Below are positions 13,760-27,515 of a stretch of 64,000 nt of DNA, piece by piece. Source of the stretch: Negaprion brevirostris (taxonomy: Eukaryota); the NCBI GenBank assembly GCA_030324005.1, contig JARDVH010000132.1, positions 67,442,803 through 67,506,802 of the forward strand. Reading direction: 5' to 3'. A program made the position numbers and the translations under genes. The notes under the pieces were generated by a model, which searched no databases, had not been told where the DNA came from, and saw nothing but the letters and a program-made list of their open reading frames with translations. Each line of letters begins with the position of its first letter. Positions within the stretch are counted from its first letter, which is position 1.

Positions 13760-13892
13760 TATAGAATCCCTACCGTGTAGCAGGAGGACAGTCGGCCCAT
13801 CGAGCCTACACTGACAACAATCCCACCCAGCCCCATTCATTTAACCTGCTAATCCCGCTGACACTAAGCGGCAATTTAGCATAACCAATCAA
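13760..13892 (-). mobile_element. HE1-like SINE 3' fragment
   Basis: TAGAATCCCTAC.GTG..GCAGGAGG.CA.TCGGCCCATCGAG...GGCAATTTAGCAT..CCAATC. Confidence 0.75.
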
Positions 13893-14070
13893 TGTGTTAT
13901 TAATGTTGTTTCCTTTAAATAATTTGAAGTTTATTAGTTTTAAAGTTTGAACTTTATAATGCTGTTCAATTTAAATTATTGAGCAATTTTAAATGTTTTT
14001 GGTAAAATGCTGAAGGAAGGTAATGAATGGTTATTTTGCGATTCTCATTTAGTAAGAGTAGGGACAACTT

Positions 14071-14235
14071 TAGAATCCCTATAGTACAGATCAAGGCCAT
14101 TCGACCCATCGAGTCTGTACCGACCACAATTCCACCCAGGCCCTATCCACTAACCCCACGCATTTGCCCTACTAATCTCCCTGACACCAGGGTCAATTTA
14201 GCATGGGCAAACAACCTAACCCGCACATTTTTGGA
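14071..14235 (-). mobile_element. HE1-like SINE 3' half
   Basis: TAGAATCCCTATAGT.CAGA...GGCCATTCG.CCCATCGAGTCTG...GGGTCAATTTAGCATGG...ACCTAACCCGCACAT. Confidence 0.8.
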
Positions 14236-17200
14236 GTTATGATTACTGTAAGTACTCATGTCCTGCTACATGTGGGGATGCGGGACATTCGCGTGCTCCG
14301 GGTACGAGGATTGTGGCTAAAGAAAGGCCGTGGAGAGAGACCATGGGAATGGGGACAATCTGTGTGGTGTGAGAGAGATGGCCGGATGAGGAGTTGCTCC
14401 TACGATCTGGAAGAAATATTACAGGGACCTGAAATCGCAGGAGAAAAAAAATCACGAAGGAAGGAAAGTCGTGAGAAGAGATTGCGGAGAAGAGTCAGAT
14501 GATCATGTGGAAAGAAGAGATATGTGTTTGAGAGGGGGGTGGGGGGTGGGGGAACGGTTGCTGATGGTGGGGAAGCGGTGGGTGATGGCCGGGGAGGTGT
14601 GTTTTGTGACGGGGTGGGGGTGAAGTCCTCNNNNNNNNNNNNNNNNNNNNNNNNNNNNNNNNNNNNNNNNNNNNNNNNNNNNNNNNNNNNNNNNNNNNNN
14701 NNNNNNNNNNNNNNNNNNNNNNNNNNNNNNNNNNNNNNNNNNNNNNNNNNNNNNNNNNNNNNNNNNNNNNNNNNNNNNNNNNNNNNNNNNNNNNNNNNNN
14801 NNNNNNNNNNNNNNNNNNNNNNNNNNNNNNNNNNNNNNNNNNNNNNNNNNNNNNNNNNNNNNNNNNNNNGGGATCAAGTTTCCCATTTATTTCAAATTTA
14901 ACCCTACCGATCGTGGTGGGGTTAAAATCACCCCCGAAATGTCTGGACCCGTTTAAAATAGATTATGTGCACAAGTAGTGGCTTAGAAATAGCACTGCAC
15001 ATTCAGATCACAGCGAACCTCAATTTTCTTTTAGACCCGCGAGAATCTGACGCTTACTTGGGCTTCTGGCTTTTTCTTTTGCATTAATATGCTTGTAATT
15101 TTGCACAGGCACCATCAGGTCCCAGTCTAGCCTCTAAGCAGCAGTCCGGGGAGCAGCGAGGAGAGGCTGCCCCACACCACTCGAGATTTATATCAAATGT
15201 GATAGAATTTCAACCCGGAATGAAACCGGTTTACAATTACTCGGACAGGTCTCCTTGATTTTATAAACCTGGCCTGTGTCAATGTCAAGTGATTTCTTAT
15301 GCAAACTGACACAAAATGATAGTGTCGCTTGGGAGTCAGGAATGCTAAGTGTTTGCTCGGCTGGCAATGTCAGCTACTCTCCAGGAGGCCAACTCCTACT
15401 GCCTAGAGATGAATAGACTCGACTCCGATGTGGACCTGGATGTTTGAAGGTACAGGGTCATGCATTGCCCTCTCCTGGCGTGTGTTAATAATCGATCCTC
15501 AGGTTCTTTTTAATCATGCTGAAAGTGCAGGATAGTCGCCATTTAATTCACTTTCTAAGAACATTAATAAATGTAACACCCCGGAAATCTTCAAGAACTG
15601 GGCAATGTGTAAAAACCTTTCGCTAATGAGAAAAAAAAACAAGTGCGAGAATCATTCATTGAAAGAAATGTACAGTGCAAAGCTACGGGACTTGCTGTTA
15701 AGTAGAGCTGAAAATATTTAAACTGCCACCTTTAAGGAATGTTTAAGCACCTGGGAAGCTCCCAATGGTGTACAAATTGGGAATTACAGACAGATATAAG
15801 ACATAGATCGATTCCTCAGGTAAGGACACTGCCTTGGTCTTTGAAATCTGTATATCAATTATTGTCCGTTTACAGATCCACATTAATCCCCACTGAAACT
15901 CAAGTTCCAGATTAGTGAGGGTATCCTGTTACCTGGACACAGATCACATTCCATATTAATTCAAGAGAGTTTTACATTGCTCTTAAAACAACATCTCATT
16001 TTCCTGAAAATCTGTGATTGAGGTTTGAGAACCGCATGCTGCTTTAAACATCTTGATTGCACGACATGCTTTGGTTGGTGTATTCTGGTGTTTTCGAGAT
16101 TAGTATATAAACCGTGAAGTCGCGGACTGTTTCAGGAGCCACCACTCTTTTTGTTGACTCGTTAAGTTATGAGATAGGCATGAAGCAAAGTTAATTTAAT
16201 TGGCGTGTCAAAATCCCAATTATTTAAACAATTTGGTGCATTCCAAAAGCCCAGACATTTTCACATAATCATTATGAAAGATTATACTTTTAAATGCGGA
16301 AAAGGCTTTGCCTGAATGGGTCTATAAAATGTATTGTATTAAATACGATNNNNNNNNNNNNNNNNNNNNNNNNNNNNNNNNNNNNNNNNNNNNNNNNNNN
16401 NNNNNNNNNNNNNNNNNNNNNNNNNNNNNNNNNNNNNNNNNNNNNNNNNNNNNNNNNNNNNNNNNNNNNNNNNNNNNNNNNNNNNNNNNNNNNNNNNNNN
16501 NNNNNNNNNNNNNNNNNNNNNNNNNNNNNNNNNNNNNNNNNNNNNTACAAGTATAAGCAGCAGTTTATTTTTGCTGGAGTTCTGTAACTACATTAACATG
16601 AGTCCGCTGTCGCCTGAAAGACACATACATTTCATGTCTACCGTTCCAAATAAAAGCAAGTTACACTATCTCCCCCAAAAAAAGTCTCCAACAGAAAGGA
16701 ATAGAAGCGATTGGATTCTATATTAGAAAATGTTGAGTTCTGGAAATGCAGTCTCGTCGTCCCATCAAACATGAAATAGAATTCCAGAACCAAAGTTCAA
16801 TTTTTAAGTGTTTGAATCATACTTTGGGGTACCTCAAAGATTGCAAATAATTGAATTGTTAAAAGCGACTGTATTAATAATCTAAACCAGGTTCTAGCTG
16901 TTAAACAATGAGAAAAAACACGTTTGTATGTTTGAAAACATTTGAACAGATGTTCTTTTTAAACGATGTGCTTATTTTTTCACAATACAATTTCGTAGTA
17001 AAGCATGAAGCTGAAAATGGTTTAGTCGTGTAAATGTAATTCCGGGGAATGTTTGCATTCATGGCGTGTCCCGTGCTCGTTCTTGTGAAATGATTTGTAC
17101 AAATCAGCAACAGGCAATCGGAGTTGTTTTTCTTACCAAATAAATTGTCAAACTACATTTGTGTGCAAACCAGCGGGGGAGGGGACGAGGTATAACTTGA

Positions 17201-17735
17201 TATATCAACAAGGAAACTCTTTGGACTACTTAGAAAATAAAACTAATTTACGATGTCGCTCAAAGCAACAAATCCTCAATGAAAAGAAACGATTGTCATG
17301 GTTTTAATTCGAGATCGGACGCCAAAGAACAGGAGCCTCAAGATTGTGTGATTGTCTATTTGTATTTTACAATGTTCGCTGGTAAGCAGTGTGGCAAAGA
17401 CTGCAGTCCGGGTAACCAGGGCAAAGTATGAATGTTANNNNNNNNNNNNNNNNNNNNNNNNNNNNNNNNNNNNNNNNNNNNNNNNNNNNNNNNNNNNNNN
17501 NNNNNNNNNNNNNNNNNNNNNNNNNNNNNNNNNNNNNNNNNNNNNNNNNNNNNNNNNNNNNNNNNNNNNNNNNNNNNNNNNNNNNNNNNNNNNNNNNNNN
17601 NNNNNNNNNNNNNNNNNNNNNNNNNNNNNNNNNNNNNNNNNNNNNNNNNNNNNNNNNNNNNNNNNNNNNNNNNNNNNNNNNNNNNNNNNNNNNNNNNNNN
17701 NNNNNNNNNNNNNNNNNNNNNCAACACACACAGCC

Positions 17736-17747
17736 ATGTCTACATAG
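17736..17747 (+). other. Minimal uORF (ATG TCT ACA TAG) in Dlx5 5' UTR
   Basis: CACAGCC-ATG-TCT-ACA-TAG, ending 71 nt before the Dlx5 start codon. Confidence 0.6.
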
Positions 17748-17818
17748 ATTCCTTCAACACACATACACACACGCTCGCACGCATCCACCGACCAGAACAT
17801 CCCCCAGCTCCACGGGCC

Positions 17819-18152
17819 ATGACAGGAGTATTCGATCGCAAGCTTGCCAACATCCGGACAGATCTACAGGGCACTTTCCAGCACAGCATGCACCATCCGT
17901 CGCAGGAATCTCCGACTCTCCCCGAGTCCACGGCCACCGACACGGGTTACTACAGCTCGGGCGGCCCCCACCACGGCTACTGTTCACCTTCATCTTACGG
18001 CAAGGTTCTCAACCCCTACCAGTACCAGTATCACGGAGTCAACGGGTCCGCCGCCAATTACCCCGCCAAAGCCTACCACGAATACAATTACCCCGGCCAT
18101 TACCACCAATATGGGGCATACAGCAGGGCTCAGCCAACATGCACCCAGCCAG
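17819..18152 (+). CDS. DLX5: Dlx5 exon 1 (coding part)
   Basis: ATG at 17819 (GCCATGA) reads MTGVFDRK...[19 protein letters not shown], the Dlx5 N-terminal signature. Donor CAG|GTAAGG at 18152/18153, phase 1. Confidence 0.97.
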
Positions 18153-18660
18153 GTAAGGAAACATTTTCCATCAACTTGACCGAAAAACCCTCCTGTTTCC
18201 GCGTGTATATGGAAAAACCACGTAAACCCGCACCCCCCCCCCCCCCCCCCCCCCGCAGGTTCAGGAACATTTCCGTGTCATTGCCCTGCTTGGGGGAGGG
18301 GGGTCGCGGAATTACATTAGGATTTTTTTACATCGTGTATAATGTTTTGTAAAAATGTTAAGAGTAAGAAAGGCAAGGGTGGGCCTGTCGAAAATCGTGG
18401 CGGTGGGAAGGACAAGAAAAAATGTGGACATTTATTGAACAATTCTAAATGAATCGCCCTTACGCCCACTCCCCCCACCCTCCCGTCCCCAGTCCCCTGT
18501 CCTGTCTTCGCCCATTTCACTGAGTGAAGTGAAAACGTTGCTTCTTCCAACAAACGGCAGAGTTTGCTTTCTTCTTTTGTGCACGTTATTTAATAAAATC
18601 TGGATGGAAAATATTACAATTTCTGACTGGAAGGAGGTCTCGGCTACTTACTTCTGTATG

Positions 18661-18800
18661 GGAGAGAGGGGGAGGGACAGGGAGGGGGGGAAAGGAGAGA
18701 GAGGAAAGGGGAAAGGGAGGGAGAGAAGGGGGAGAGAGGGAAGGAAAAGGGTGAGGGAGAGGAAAAGGAAGGGGCGGGGAGGGGGAGAGAGAGAGAGAGA
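18661..18800. repeat. Purine-rich (G/A) low-complexity tract in Dlx5 intron 1
   Basis: About 140 nt of nearly pure G/A with many GGG runs, ending in (GA)n. Confidence 0.85.
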
Positions 18801-18893
18801 GGTCTCCCGCTTGAAGTCTCAGTTTCGGGGACTCTGGGTCAAATCTAGAGCCGCTTTCACCTATCCAACCCCCAGCCTCATTGTAAACGGTGA

Positions 18894-19469
<576 letters not shown>

Positions 19470-19819
19470 TAAACACAATTGTATATATACATTGTATATA
19501 GATACATAAATATATACATAGTATATATACATTAATATTGTGCATGATTCACAGCGCCTGCCTTTGTTATGACTTGAACCCTGCAGAGTAACCGTTGTCT
19601 TGTTATTTCAGTAGACCATCCGTTCATCCCCCGCCTCCACCCATATGATTGGGTTGAACATTCTGAACTGTACTTGCAGCAAGGCCGATGTTAGGAAACT
19701 ATTTATATTTATTTATATTAAATCGAATTTTATTCCATTCATTTCGACTAGTAATTTCAGTGGTGGACGAGTGTATTTTGGTAATCATATTTTAGATAGT
19801 GAGCGTGAAGTAACTTCTG

Positions 19820-19912
19820 GATTTTGAATTTGATTTATTATTGTCATATGTATTGGGATTCAGCGACGTGTTTTTTGTAGCGCGCTATGCAGACAAAGCA
19901 TACCGTTCATAA
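19820..19912 (-). mobile_element. Rex1/Babar-type LINE 3' tail fragment in Dlx5 intron 2
   Basis: TTTGATTTATTATTGTCATATGTATT...ATGCAGACAAAGCATACCGTTCAT is the reverse complement of the tail seen at 45395-45485. Also found at 12995-13052. Confidence 0.7.
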
Positions 19913-20656
19913 GAACCCAAGTTAATTATTTAGAAGGTTTCGTAACGAAATGTCTTCCTCTTAAAAATAGAACGTCGCCCTGTATTTTTAAGAGATCTTT
20001 TGGAAAATACAAACACGGGGACGCTGCAGAATATTTTTCTGGGGTCGAGGGCGTGGGGGGGGGGCATGCTTTACAGGCTTGTTAGTCTGTGTCGATCACT
20101 TTACTTATTTAGCTTATTATTGTATATAAGTATTAGCTTATTACTGTTTAAGAGTAAAATTGCTGTCATGAATATGTGCACAGAGCTCATTACTTATCTG
20201 GATCTGGTGACAAATTGTTGAGAATACACCGTGAAGTTTTAAACAAGGATTTCCAAACAAAACATTCGAGTAAGTTGTGTGGAGGAGGGGGTAGAGAGAG
20301 AGAAATTATGGTTGTTGTCAGTGCACCGAGGGATATACATTGATTTATTCTCTTGGTATGAAAATCCCAAATAGACNNNNNNNNNNNNNNNNNNNNNNNN
20401 NNNNNNNNNNNNNNNNNNNNNNNNNNNNNNNNNNNNNNNNNNNNNNNNNNNNNNNNNNNNNNNNNNNNNNNNNNNNATAGACCTTCTTTTCGTTATTTTG
20501 TTACAACGCGCGAATCGACTAATAAAAATATAGGCGATGGACGCGGCACAGTCCATTTAGCACATACTAACTCGCAGTCCAACTCCTTTACTTCGTCTTA
20601 GTTAATGCTGTTACATTTTGTTTTTAGAATTGAATCATCACCATTTGTTTTGGCAG

Positions 20657-20971
20657 GTTAAAATATGGTTCCAGAACCGAAGATCAAAGATTAAGAAAAT
20701 CATAAAGAATGGAGAGATCCCGCCAGAGCACAGCCCCAGTTCCAGTGACCCCATGGCTTGCAATTCTCCTCAGTCCCCTGCCGTCTGGGACACTCACAAC
20801 TCTTCAAGGGTTGTCCACTCTCATCAAACTCCCAGCCACAACCCATCCACCGCAGGCTACCTGGAGAACGCCACTTCCTGGTATTCCAATCCCAGTTCCA
20901 TTAATTCCCACCTGCAATCTACAAGCTCACTACACCATCCACTAGCTTTGGGATCCGGGACTATTTATTAA
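20657..20971 (+). CDS. DLX5: Dlx5 exon 3
   Basis: Acceptor tttgttttggcag. Reads [45 protein letters not shown]...[12 protein letters not shown]. Spliced CDS 834 nt = 277 aa. Confidence 0.98.
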   Translation, partial: VKIWFQNRRSKIKKIIKNGEIPPEHSPSSSDPMACNSPQSPAVWDTHNSSRVVHSHQTPSHNPSTAGYLENATSWYSNPSSINSHLQSTSSLHHPLALGSGTIY

Positions 20972-21281
20972 TCTGCAATACTTTCTACGGTGGATTGATT
21001 AGGAGCGATCAGCAGTGGACATATGCAATTAAATGCACGTTTTGATCAGACGGAATCAAGAGAAGCCAAATTGTCTGACTCTGTACGTTCGGTGCATGCA
21101 ACTTTCCGCATTTCAAAGAGGAAAATGGGCTATATTTCCAACGGACGTCAGGGTGAATATGGACACTGTCAAAGGTGCCTTTCCCTCATAGGTTAAAACC
21201 GCCAATCTTACGGGACTTTTCAGTGACATATATCATTGTAAATATGTGTAGATAGTTGAATTGAACTGTATATTCTGTTTA

Positions 21282-21287
21282 AATAAA
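21282..21287 (+). terminator. Dlx5 polyadenylation signal
   Basis: AATAAA ~310 nt after the stop codon, followed by T/GT-rich sequence. Confidence 0.7.
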
Positions 21288-24200
21288 GTTATTGACAATT
21301 CGGAAAATATTGTTGGCATTTTATTTGTTATATTTTATGAGGTTAATACGTTGGACACCAATCTGAACGTTATGATAATTATATCCTTAGCAATAAAATC
21401 CAATATTCAGTTGTCATTGTTATGGCAACTCAAGCAATGGGGTAAGGAATGTGGGGGATGGGAGATTACTAGAAATGCGGTTAGTTTTTCTTTGTATTGC
21501 ATTAGCGGCATTATTTGGGGGTAAAATAAAAGATGCCTTTTGCTTTTCTGGATGTACCACTCAACTCGTCTCATGCACATTCTCAAAACGCCCACCCAAA
21601 CATTGAACTCAGTGCTGACCATATAACTTGCCGAGTACGCGGAGCCAAGGGATTCACATGGCTAATTGGATTCTGACGGTATTTTTATGTCCTTGGTTCT
21701 CATATTTACAACTGAGAATAAGAAACAGTGATTCTGACAGACTTCACTGGTTTAGTTGATATTTTTGAAAAGAGACTTTATTTATTATTCCTTGGTTTAC
21801 CCAGCCTAAAATGCACAAAACAATTAGTGAATCCAGTCCTGATTTATCTGTCACTTATGCTTCGTACCCAGACATCTTACGGGTACATTGGGATTCATAG
21901 ATAAATATGGTCGGGGCAAATAATGCCTACAGGAACACTATTATAATAAGAAGCTCAAATTAAAACGTGTCGGCCTGAAACAACGTGGCCGATTGATTGG
22001 AGTTTTTGAGCGTGCATTCTTGAAAAATATTTTTACGTTTTAATAAGAAATGCAGACGGACCTTCTGGAGATGCTTTGCCTTATAAAGAATAACAAAGGG
22101 GGTAAGGTACACATTGGCGTTGCCATTAATTTGTGGAAGCATTACTCTTTTTCTAAACCGTTTTCAGATCCGCCAAAATTGGATAAACGCTTGAATCGCA
22201 CTCTTGTTAAGAATGGGGGCACTTCTAAACAGAAAGGATCGAATTGTGGCTGCATTAGGATCTTCATCCTACTGTAATCACCAGCATTGCGCGGCCTTAA
22301 TTCCAGCAGCGGCCTTACTTGTTCACACAAGTGTACCTAACATACCACATGATGGCAGAAATTCAGAACAATTATCTCTGGATCCACTTTCAAGAATAAA
22401 TTGATCTCAAACTTCCACGAGTTTCGGCATATAAATGTGGGTTTCCTGTAAATAACAGTAACGGTATTGTTGTCTGCTTGATTGTTAGAAATGCAATCAA
22501 AACAATAGTCGATCTTCCATTTCATATGCAGAGGTTCCTAAAGTCAATTTTATCGACATTGAATTTGAAAAATGGTAATTGCACACTTTCTTCATAGTTA
22601 CAGAATCATCGGCTTCTATGAAACGATCCGATTGTTTGGACTAATTGGGAGGAAAGTTATGTTGAATTCCAGTTTGTACAACGACCCATAGGAAGATTAT
22701 TGAATCGCTGTAACAGCTTTACCCGGCACACCGGGGAGTGGGGCGAGTCGAAATAGTGGAAATTGATGTTCTAACTTGCATCGCCGCTGGCTGAGCAGAC
22801 CAACAAGGGTCTTACAGTTAACAGTGGAACAGAGTCAGCGAGAACGCTCATATTTCTTGCACAGAGAAAGCGGTAATTCCTTTCTGTTAACAAGAAGAGG
22901 GGAACTCGGTCAATCCATACGGCAGCAACGATCTAAATGCTGCATGAGGGTGTTCATTCTCCCTCGACACCGGGTGGAGGACATTTCAGGACTTCTGCAA
23001 AATAGCGCGATTGTCAATGAACTTTTTTTGCGTGGTTAGAAAATGGCGCATCCTTAATCGAACATCGAGTGAGTCGGCATTAAATGTAATCACACGGATA
23101 TACAGTATTTCAACAATAACCCTGATCAAACCTGGCAGTGAATGGATCAATATTCATTAGTAATAAATATGTAAAAATTCCATCATTAAACCTAGCGTAA
23201 GCATCAGAGTGCGCGGACAGATAAATATATATAAACGTGGCATCAAATCTAACTGACTTCACATTTACAGGATATATTTTCATCGTACTAATGGAAAGTA
23301 GGCACAAACTGGGCTGAGATCTGACTGAATGTATCTCCAGACGTATAATTAGGCTAGTCAGGGTTTGTGAGCACAGTAATAAACTTCAGTAAATTCAGGG
23401 CCGTACAGGAAGAATTTGGAAAAACGGCCTTCGGGCATTTGAGTGTTTGAGCTCCGGCCGGGGGTGGGTTCCTGGATGTGGGAGTTGGGTTGTGTTCGAG
23501 TTTCTGGTGGTTGAATTCGCTTGGAGTCTGGCTCGCAGACTTCCCGCAGACTCTCTCTCTCTCTCTTTGTGTTACCCACAATTAGCAGCTTTGAATGGCA
23601 GAGAGGAGCCGAGAGGGCGGCAGCTGAGATCACAGAAAACCGCATTCCTGTGGGTGCAGACCGGCTCCAGAGCTGTACTACTCCCAGCCACAGCCCACCT
23701 CACTGAACATATATTCTGCAGCAAAGAAAATCGAGAAATATTACATTTAACGACGTTATCCCGCCCAGAAATGGCATGAACTTAAATATATACACACTGA
23801 CAAACATGTATATAGTCACACATACATACGCGAACACATGTGCATGTAAATATATGAATAGAAGTTAATGTATTATAGACATATATATGTACGTACGCGC
23901 GGACAGTAGACACCTGTACAAGTGAAAGGAACATTCACAAAATTATGTGTGCAAGACCATGTCGGTCACAGTTTTTCAAGACCTTGTACGGCATATAATC
24001 CGCTTAAAACATGCAATGTACAAATAAATTTACTCTTTATGCACATTTTAGATGGATTAAATTATTTAAGTGTTAGATCGATGCAACAGGTTAATGTTAA
24101 CCTCATTCACTAAAAATTCCCCGAGATCATGATTGTTCATTTTAATTTGCGAAAATTTGGGACAGTTGCATCGAACTTTTATCTTTCACAATTTCTCCTG

Positions 24201-26109
24201 ATTGAAAGGAAACTGCAGGATTTAAAATCTAGTTGAGATGCGCAGCTAAAATTGTAACGTATTCAGCAGTGCATCATATAATAAAGTGGTGTAGGCTGTG
24301 GAGTCTTTAGTTATTTACCCTGGTTTTTTGTATCCTTCTAAAATGACTGGGATTTGGGATCGAATTAGCTCATGTTTTCTGCTCCAGTGTTGCCGGGGAA
24401 AAATGAGTAAAATACAATTTGTTGACGTTATTCTATCCGTCTGGCAATCGAAGCATTAAAAGCTGTCACATCAGAACCCATTTTAATTGTTAAGCTGCAT
24501 GTCTAACGACAAGCCTGGTTAGCTGTAATTTGATACAACAGGCAGCAGCAGCGCCTAAAGCCAGCTCTATGTGACTGTAAAATTTAAATGTTGATGGTTG
24601 ACAGTTTTTTGCACATCTTACAGTCGGAAACACAGTTCCACCTAATTATTTTCGCTATGCATAATGCAACCACAATCCACTCGATGCCAAGTTTAGCATC
24701 TCAATTGTTTGGGGGGAGGTGTGGAGAGGGCGGGGGGAGACATGCTTTTACATGGCATATGTGACTTTTCAAACATGCTCCACAGCATAGATAGAATAGC
24801 TATCTAAAGTATATTGTAAACTGAAATGTGTGGGGATCAGTAAGTCACTTGTTGGTAGCGTAAACTATGGTGCCTTATGCACAGGATCTCTTTTTAAAAA
24901 AAACATGCTTCCTTTTAAAAATATAGTCGAAGTGCTTACAATGGTTATTAATACCTGAAGCTAATAAAATAATAATCATCTGTAGAATCATCTGGTTCGT
25001 AATAGCAGCTGATGTGGAGGAAGGTCTGTTTTATTTTGTTAAAACAAGGTGTAGAAAAGATAAATCAAAAGTGTAGGATAGAGAAATTGCTGTTTGCTGC
25101 TCATGCTTGGATTTTTTTCCTTTTTTGCTTGGATTTTCTCAATCCCTTCAGTTCATTTCTAATTTTATTATCGATTTCCCTCCCAATACTGTGCTTTTGC
25201 CCATAAATATTTATTTTATCCTGGTGACAAATGATGTTTTGTCATTCAAATATCGCTTTTTTGAATGCACCTTTCTATATATATGAATTAATGAGGTGGC
25301 TGAAGTGTTTCTGAAAGTGAGACAGAATGATATCTTCAGCNNNNNNNNNNGCAAACACAGAAGCATTTCTAGTAGATGTTGGCCTTGTCTCTTAACATCA
25401 ACAGCACGGTTGCATTTGCGAATGAGGAGTCTGTCTGCGGGGAGGCCAAAGACGGAAGATAAACCTAGTAGCAGATCTCCAATTTGGGAAACATCCTGAC
25501 TCCAGGCCAGTTCCAAGGTAATAACGTACTCCAGTGTTCCCAATATGTTAGACGCGGGCTGAATGATGAGAATAATTGACGTTTATATTTTGACAAACGG
25601 CGCCCCATCTTTCCACAAGACACGTGAAAGACGCCGCTTCGCCTCAGCTGCCAGGGCTGACCCAGAAGGCCGAGGACTTGAGAACTCAGAGAATCTGCCG
25701 CGTTGGAGAGTACCCAACAAGCTACTTCCGCAATGTATTCTGAATTAGAAATTGCCCAAAGCTGAATTTGTAATCTTTTTCTAATATACAATAAATCCGA
25801 GACTTAAAAATCTTTACTGCAAATTTAACCGCAGATTGTAAATATATGTGCCGTCTGACATATGAAATGTGGCAACAAAACAATGGGTTTTCTTCCAATC
25901 TGCCGATCATTAATTTCAATAAATATAACTGTCAGAAGACACACTATGATTAGAGCAACTACCCACTTATTGGCACTATTCCATACCGTTAACTCACTCG
26001 CTCTTCTCTCCAGCTCTGTGCTTTCTATCCGTCCTTTTGACTCACATTTGTTTCTTTGCGTTTCTGCTGCAATTTCACCCGCTGAGAACCTTTAGAATTA
26101 AACATTGTG

Positions 26110-26420
26110 AGTTTTCCACTCAGCAGCCATCTGCTCTATACAAATAATGGCGAAATTAGCCTAACTGGACAGTTGCAGCGATGTAATAACTTGCAGTAAT
26201 TATCCCCCAGTCTGGATTAAGATGTTATTATTATAATCTGGACATTTACAATTGCCATAATTTGCAAAGATGCGCCGGTTCTTGATTACAGCAGTTTTAT
26301 CAACCGAGCCGTCACCAAACACTGACAGTAATAACAGCTAATTTTGCTGGCAATATAAGAGGTGGCGGGTGTGCAAACAATTTCACACCTGGATATGCTC
26401 ACTGAACCGGAGGAGCTCAC
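26110..26420. promoter_or_regulatory. I56ii (eii) intergenic enhancer
   Basis: Dense homeodomain-site block (TAATTATCCCCCAGTCTGGATTAAGATGTTATTATTATAATC...ACAATTGCCATAATTTGCAAAGATGCGCC...TGATTACAGC...TGACAGTAATAACAGCTAATT). Position between Dlx5 and I56i matches I56ii. Confidence 0.75.
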
Positions 26421-26949
26421 GCTTCTGCCCGGTTATACAGCATAACGATTTGACTAGTCACCGTTGGCAGAGTTTTCTATTGGGTGTGTACTTGGAAAGG
26501 ACATGTCAGGTATGTTTGAAACACGCTTTGTATACATACACACATACACACACAACTTAATAAGAACGTATACATACACATATTTGTATATTTTCAATAT
26601 ATAGACATTTAAGACACGCCATCTACGGAGGGGAAAGTTTCCGCCTGAGTTCAGCGAAAGTGAGGTATAAAATCATGATTTGTTTGAGACAATTTGATGG
26701 TGATCACTTGGGTACATCTTCGCTTTGGACTACCACACTGTCACTGGTCGTTTTGATGGGCATGGTGGGGCAGAATGACTTTAATACGAAGGCGCTCTGT
26801 ACAGAATGTTTTCCAAAATGCCGATGCCCTCATGCTCTGTTTTTGCTTTGCTGAACAAATTACAGACAACACTGGGGATAGATCGTAGTATTTCAGAGGC
26901 CCAAGCCTCAAAGAAGGAGTTCTCCATTCATCCGCCCGTCCCTGTATCC

Positions 26950-26992
26950 ATTCATCTATCTATCTGTCTGTCTATCTATCTATCTATCTATC
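26950..26992. repeat. (TCTA/TCTG)n microsatellite
   Basis: tctatctatctgtctgtctatctatctatctatc. Confidence 0.85.
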
Positions 26993-27491
26993 ATTTTACA
27001 GGAATCTGATAACATGGCATAATTGCTCGCATGTAATCATTCATAAGTTTCAAGAATATTCCAACAATTTCGACTAGTGCTTTTGTAAACCGCGATTATA
27101 TGAAAATAAATTTGTATTTAAGAGATGCATTTTATATTTTGGAATATACAGTGTGTGTTATTACCCTATAAACTGCTAGAAACGATGTCCAAGATGACAA
27201 CATTTCCAACGCTATTTGTTCCTCGGCTTGCCCAGTGACGGTCAGTTTGGTGCTGTCGGTACTTCGTTCCCCTGCTTATGGTGTAGGAGCAAGTAACTGC
27301 AAGTCATGACAAAATTAAAAATATATTTAGGATTACAGTAACATCTGATTTCCAAGAAACCAGAGCTGCTAAAAAGTTACGCCAAATTTTGCACTTGAAC
27401 TCACGGCCTCCAGGTTAACTCGCCTGGTGGGCCATCTAGACACAAACTTCACTCGGTATGTTCATTAGGTTTGAAGAAATGTTAATGTAAT

Positions 27492-27515
27492 TGTGTGTGT
27501 GTATGTGTGTGTGTG
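27492..27515. repeat. (TG)n microsatellite
   Basis: tgtgtgtgtgtatgtgtgtgtgtg. Confidence 0.8.

Noticed and set aside
17428-18352. Long ORFs extending Dlx5 upstream or in alternative frames
   Set aside because: They are inflated by N-gaps and read into intron 1. The recognisable protein starts at 17819.
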